Source: Squalus acanthias (lineage: Eukaryota). From it: a stretch of DNA of 64,000 nucleotides. The stretch is taken from NCBI GenBank assembly GCA_030390025.1, contig CM059425.1, positions 164,364,001 to 164,428,000 on the forward strand. Direction: 5' to 3'. The position numbers were made by a program, and so were the translations under genes. Of this stretch, positions 62,464 to 64,000 are shown piece after piece. Every line of letters starts with the position of its first letter. The first letter of the stretch is position 1. The notes under the pieces were generated by a model. It had not been told where the DNA came from and did no database searches. It saw nothing but the letters and a program-made list of their open reading frames with translations.

Positions 62464-63704
62464 CCTGGACTACACTTCCTCCCACCCCGCCTCCTGTAAG
62501 GACTCTCTTCCATTCTCCCAGTTTCTCCGTCTCCGCCGCATCTGCTCTGATGATGCCACCTTCCATACCAGTGCTTCCGACATGTCTTCCTTTTTCCTCA
62601 ACCGAGGATTCCCCTCTACCGTGGTCGACACGGCCCTCGACCGTGTCCGTTCTATCTCCCGCACTTCTGCCCTCACCCCTGCTGCCCCCCCGCTCCCGGA
62701 ACCACGATAGAGTTCCCCTTGTCCTCACCTTTCACCCCACCAGCCTCCACATTCAACGGATCATCCTCCGCCATTTCCGCCACCTCCAGTGTGATCCCAC
62801 CACCAAACGCATCTTCCCCTCACCTCCCCTTTCAGCATTCCGCAGGGACCGCTCCCTCCACGACACCCTAGTCCACTCCTCTACCACCCCCAGCACCCCT
62901 TCCCCTTCGCCCGGCACCTTCCCATGCAAGCGCAGGAGATGCAACACATGTCCTTATACCTCCCCTCTTCCCACTGTCCAGGGCCCCAAACACCCCTTCC
63001 AGGTGAAACAGCAATTTACTTGTACTTCCTGCAATTTAGTATACTGTATTTACTGCTCACGATGTGGTCTCCTCTACATTGGGGAGACCAAACGCAGATT
63101 GGGTGACCGCTTTGCGGAACACCTCCGTTCAGTCCGTAAGGGGGACCCCGAGCTCCCGGTCGCCTTTCACTTTAATTCTCCGCTCCACTCCCACTCTGAC
63201 CTCACTTTATCGGCCTATTACACTGTTCCACGGAAGCGCAGCGTAAGCTCGAGGAACAGCACCTCATCTTTCGTTTAGGCACGCTACAGCCCTCTGGACT
63301 CAATATCGAGTTCAACAATTTTAGATCATAACCTCAGCCCCTATCACATTTATATTTTATTTTTTCATCCATCCTTTTGTTTGCCCCCCCCCCCGCCTTT
63401 TTTTCCCCTCCTAGAAGCTGGCAGCTGTCCTTCATTCTGCCAGTGCATTTCACACTTCTTTTAGCCTCAACCTGTCACATTAACACCACCTCTTGCCTTG
63501 ATCATCTCTTAATGTCTCCTAATCTCTCCTTTTGTTCTTTCATCCCCTCCCCCTTTTCCCAGCTTTATCCTTGCCTTAAATCTATTTCATTTCCTGCTAT
63601 TTCCAGTTCTGACGAAATGTTTTCGACCTGAAACATTAACTCTGTTTCTCTCTCCACGGATGCTACCTGGCCTGCTGAGTTTTTCCAGCATTTTCTGTTG
63701 TTAT
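62464..63704 (+). mobile_element. Second Penelope-like copy in inverted orientation (frameshifted), ending in a type 2 pLTR
   Basis: 62464-~63385 is the reverse complement of ~61075-61992 at high identity, then diverges into a different terminus. Confidence 0.9.
63605..63641 (+). ncRNA. Degenerate hammerhead motif, type 2 pLTR
   Basis: AGTT CTGACGA A ATGTT-TTC-GACCT GAAA CATT AACT: stem I AGTT/AACT intact, stem II partly mismatched. Confidence 0.55.
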
Positions 63705-64000
63705 GCAGGGTTAATATAGTTTTGCACAAGTTCCAGTTTCCAGATTTTGTAAATTTAATGGTTAAACTCAGCTCCATTTAGACAAAATGGCCTCTCATTA
63801 TTTCTCTTTCGTACTGAGGTACTGACTATTATTCTTCAATTGCACATTGGTTCTCTCTCTGATTTCCAATGTCAACGGCGATGTTTTATGGAAATGTAAA
63901 GTACAGGTCTAACTAAACCCATCAGAAGGACGGAACTGTGTGAGATTATTCACCACTCTCTCTTGCATGTTCCAGAAGTGGGATTGACAGACGTCACCTC

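Noticed and set aside
62211..63278. 355-aa plus-strand ORF
   Set aside because: Chimera across the Penelope inversion junction: antisense RT, then an off-frame stretch, then in-frame endonuclease after a frameshift. Not an independent gene.

Overview
Eukaryotic, intron-dominated window, almost certainly from a cartilaginous fish (shark-type HER1/CR1 LINEs, HE1 V-SINE, SacSINE1-like DeuSINEs). It lies inside a + strand calpastatin (CAST) gene. About 11 short phase-0 exons can be read: L-domain-like exons, a locally triplicated 57-nt exon, a possible coiled-coil exon, and the subdomain A (..YTGPAV) and subdomain B (VGETEGSIPPDYRF) exons of the first inhibitory repeat. Most of the rest is mobile DNA: two CR1/L2-group LINE families, L2 and RTE fragments, many PIF/Harbinger elements and MITEs (often nested), SINEs, and Penelope-like elements with minimal hammerhead ribozyme motifs. 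Most interesting: (1) a LINE with no apparent ORF1, a tRNA-like 5' end and almost no TTTT on its sense strand (possible Pol III-transcribed LINE); (2) hammerhead-bearing Penelope-derived fold-back insertions, including a spacerless ~695-bp palindrome; (3) a Penelope inverted pair sharing one ORF but ending in two different ribozyme-bearing termini; (4) recent exon multiplication in CAST. Everything was read by eye. Repeat boundaries are approximate, and family names come from recalled motifs, not database searches.
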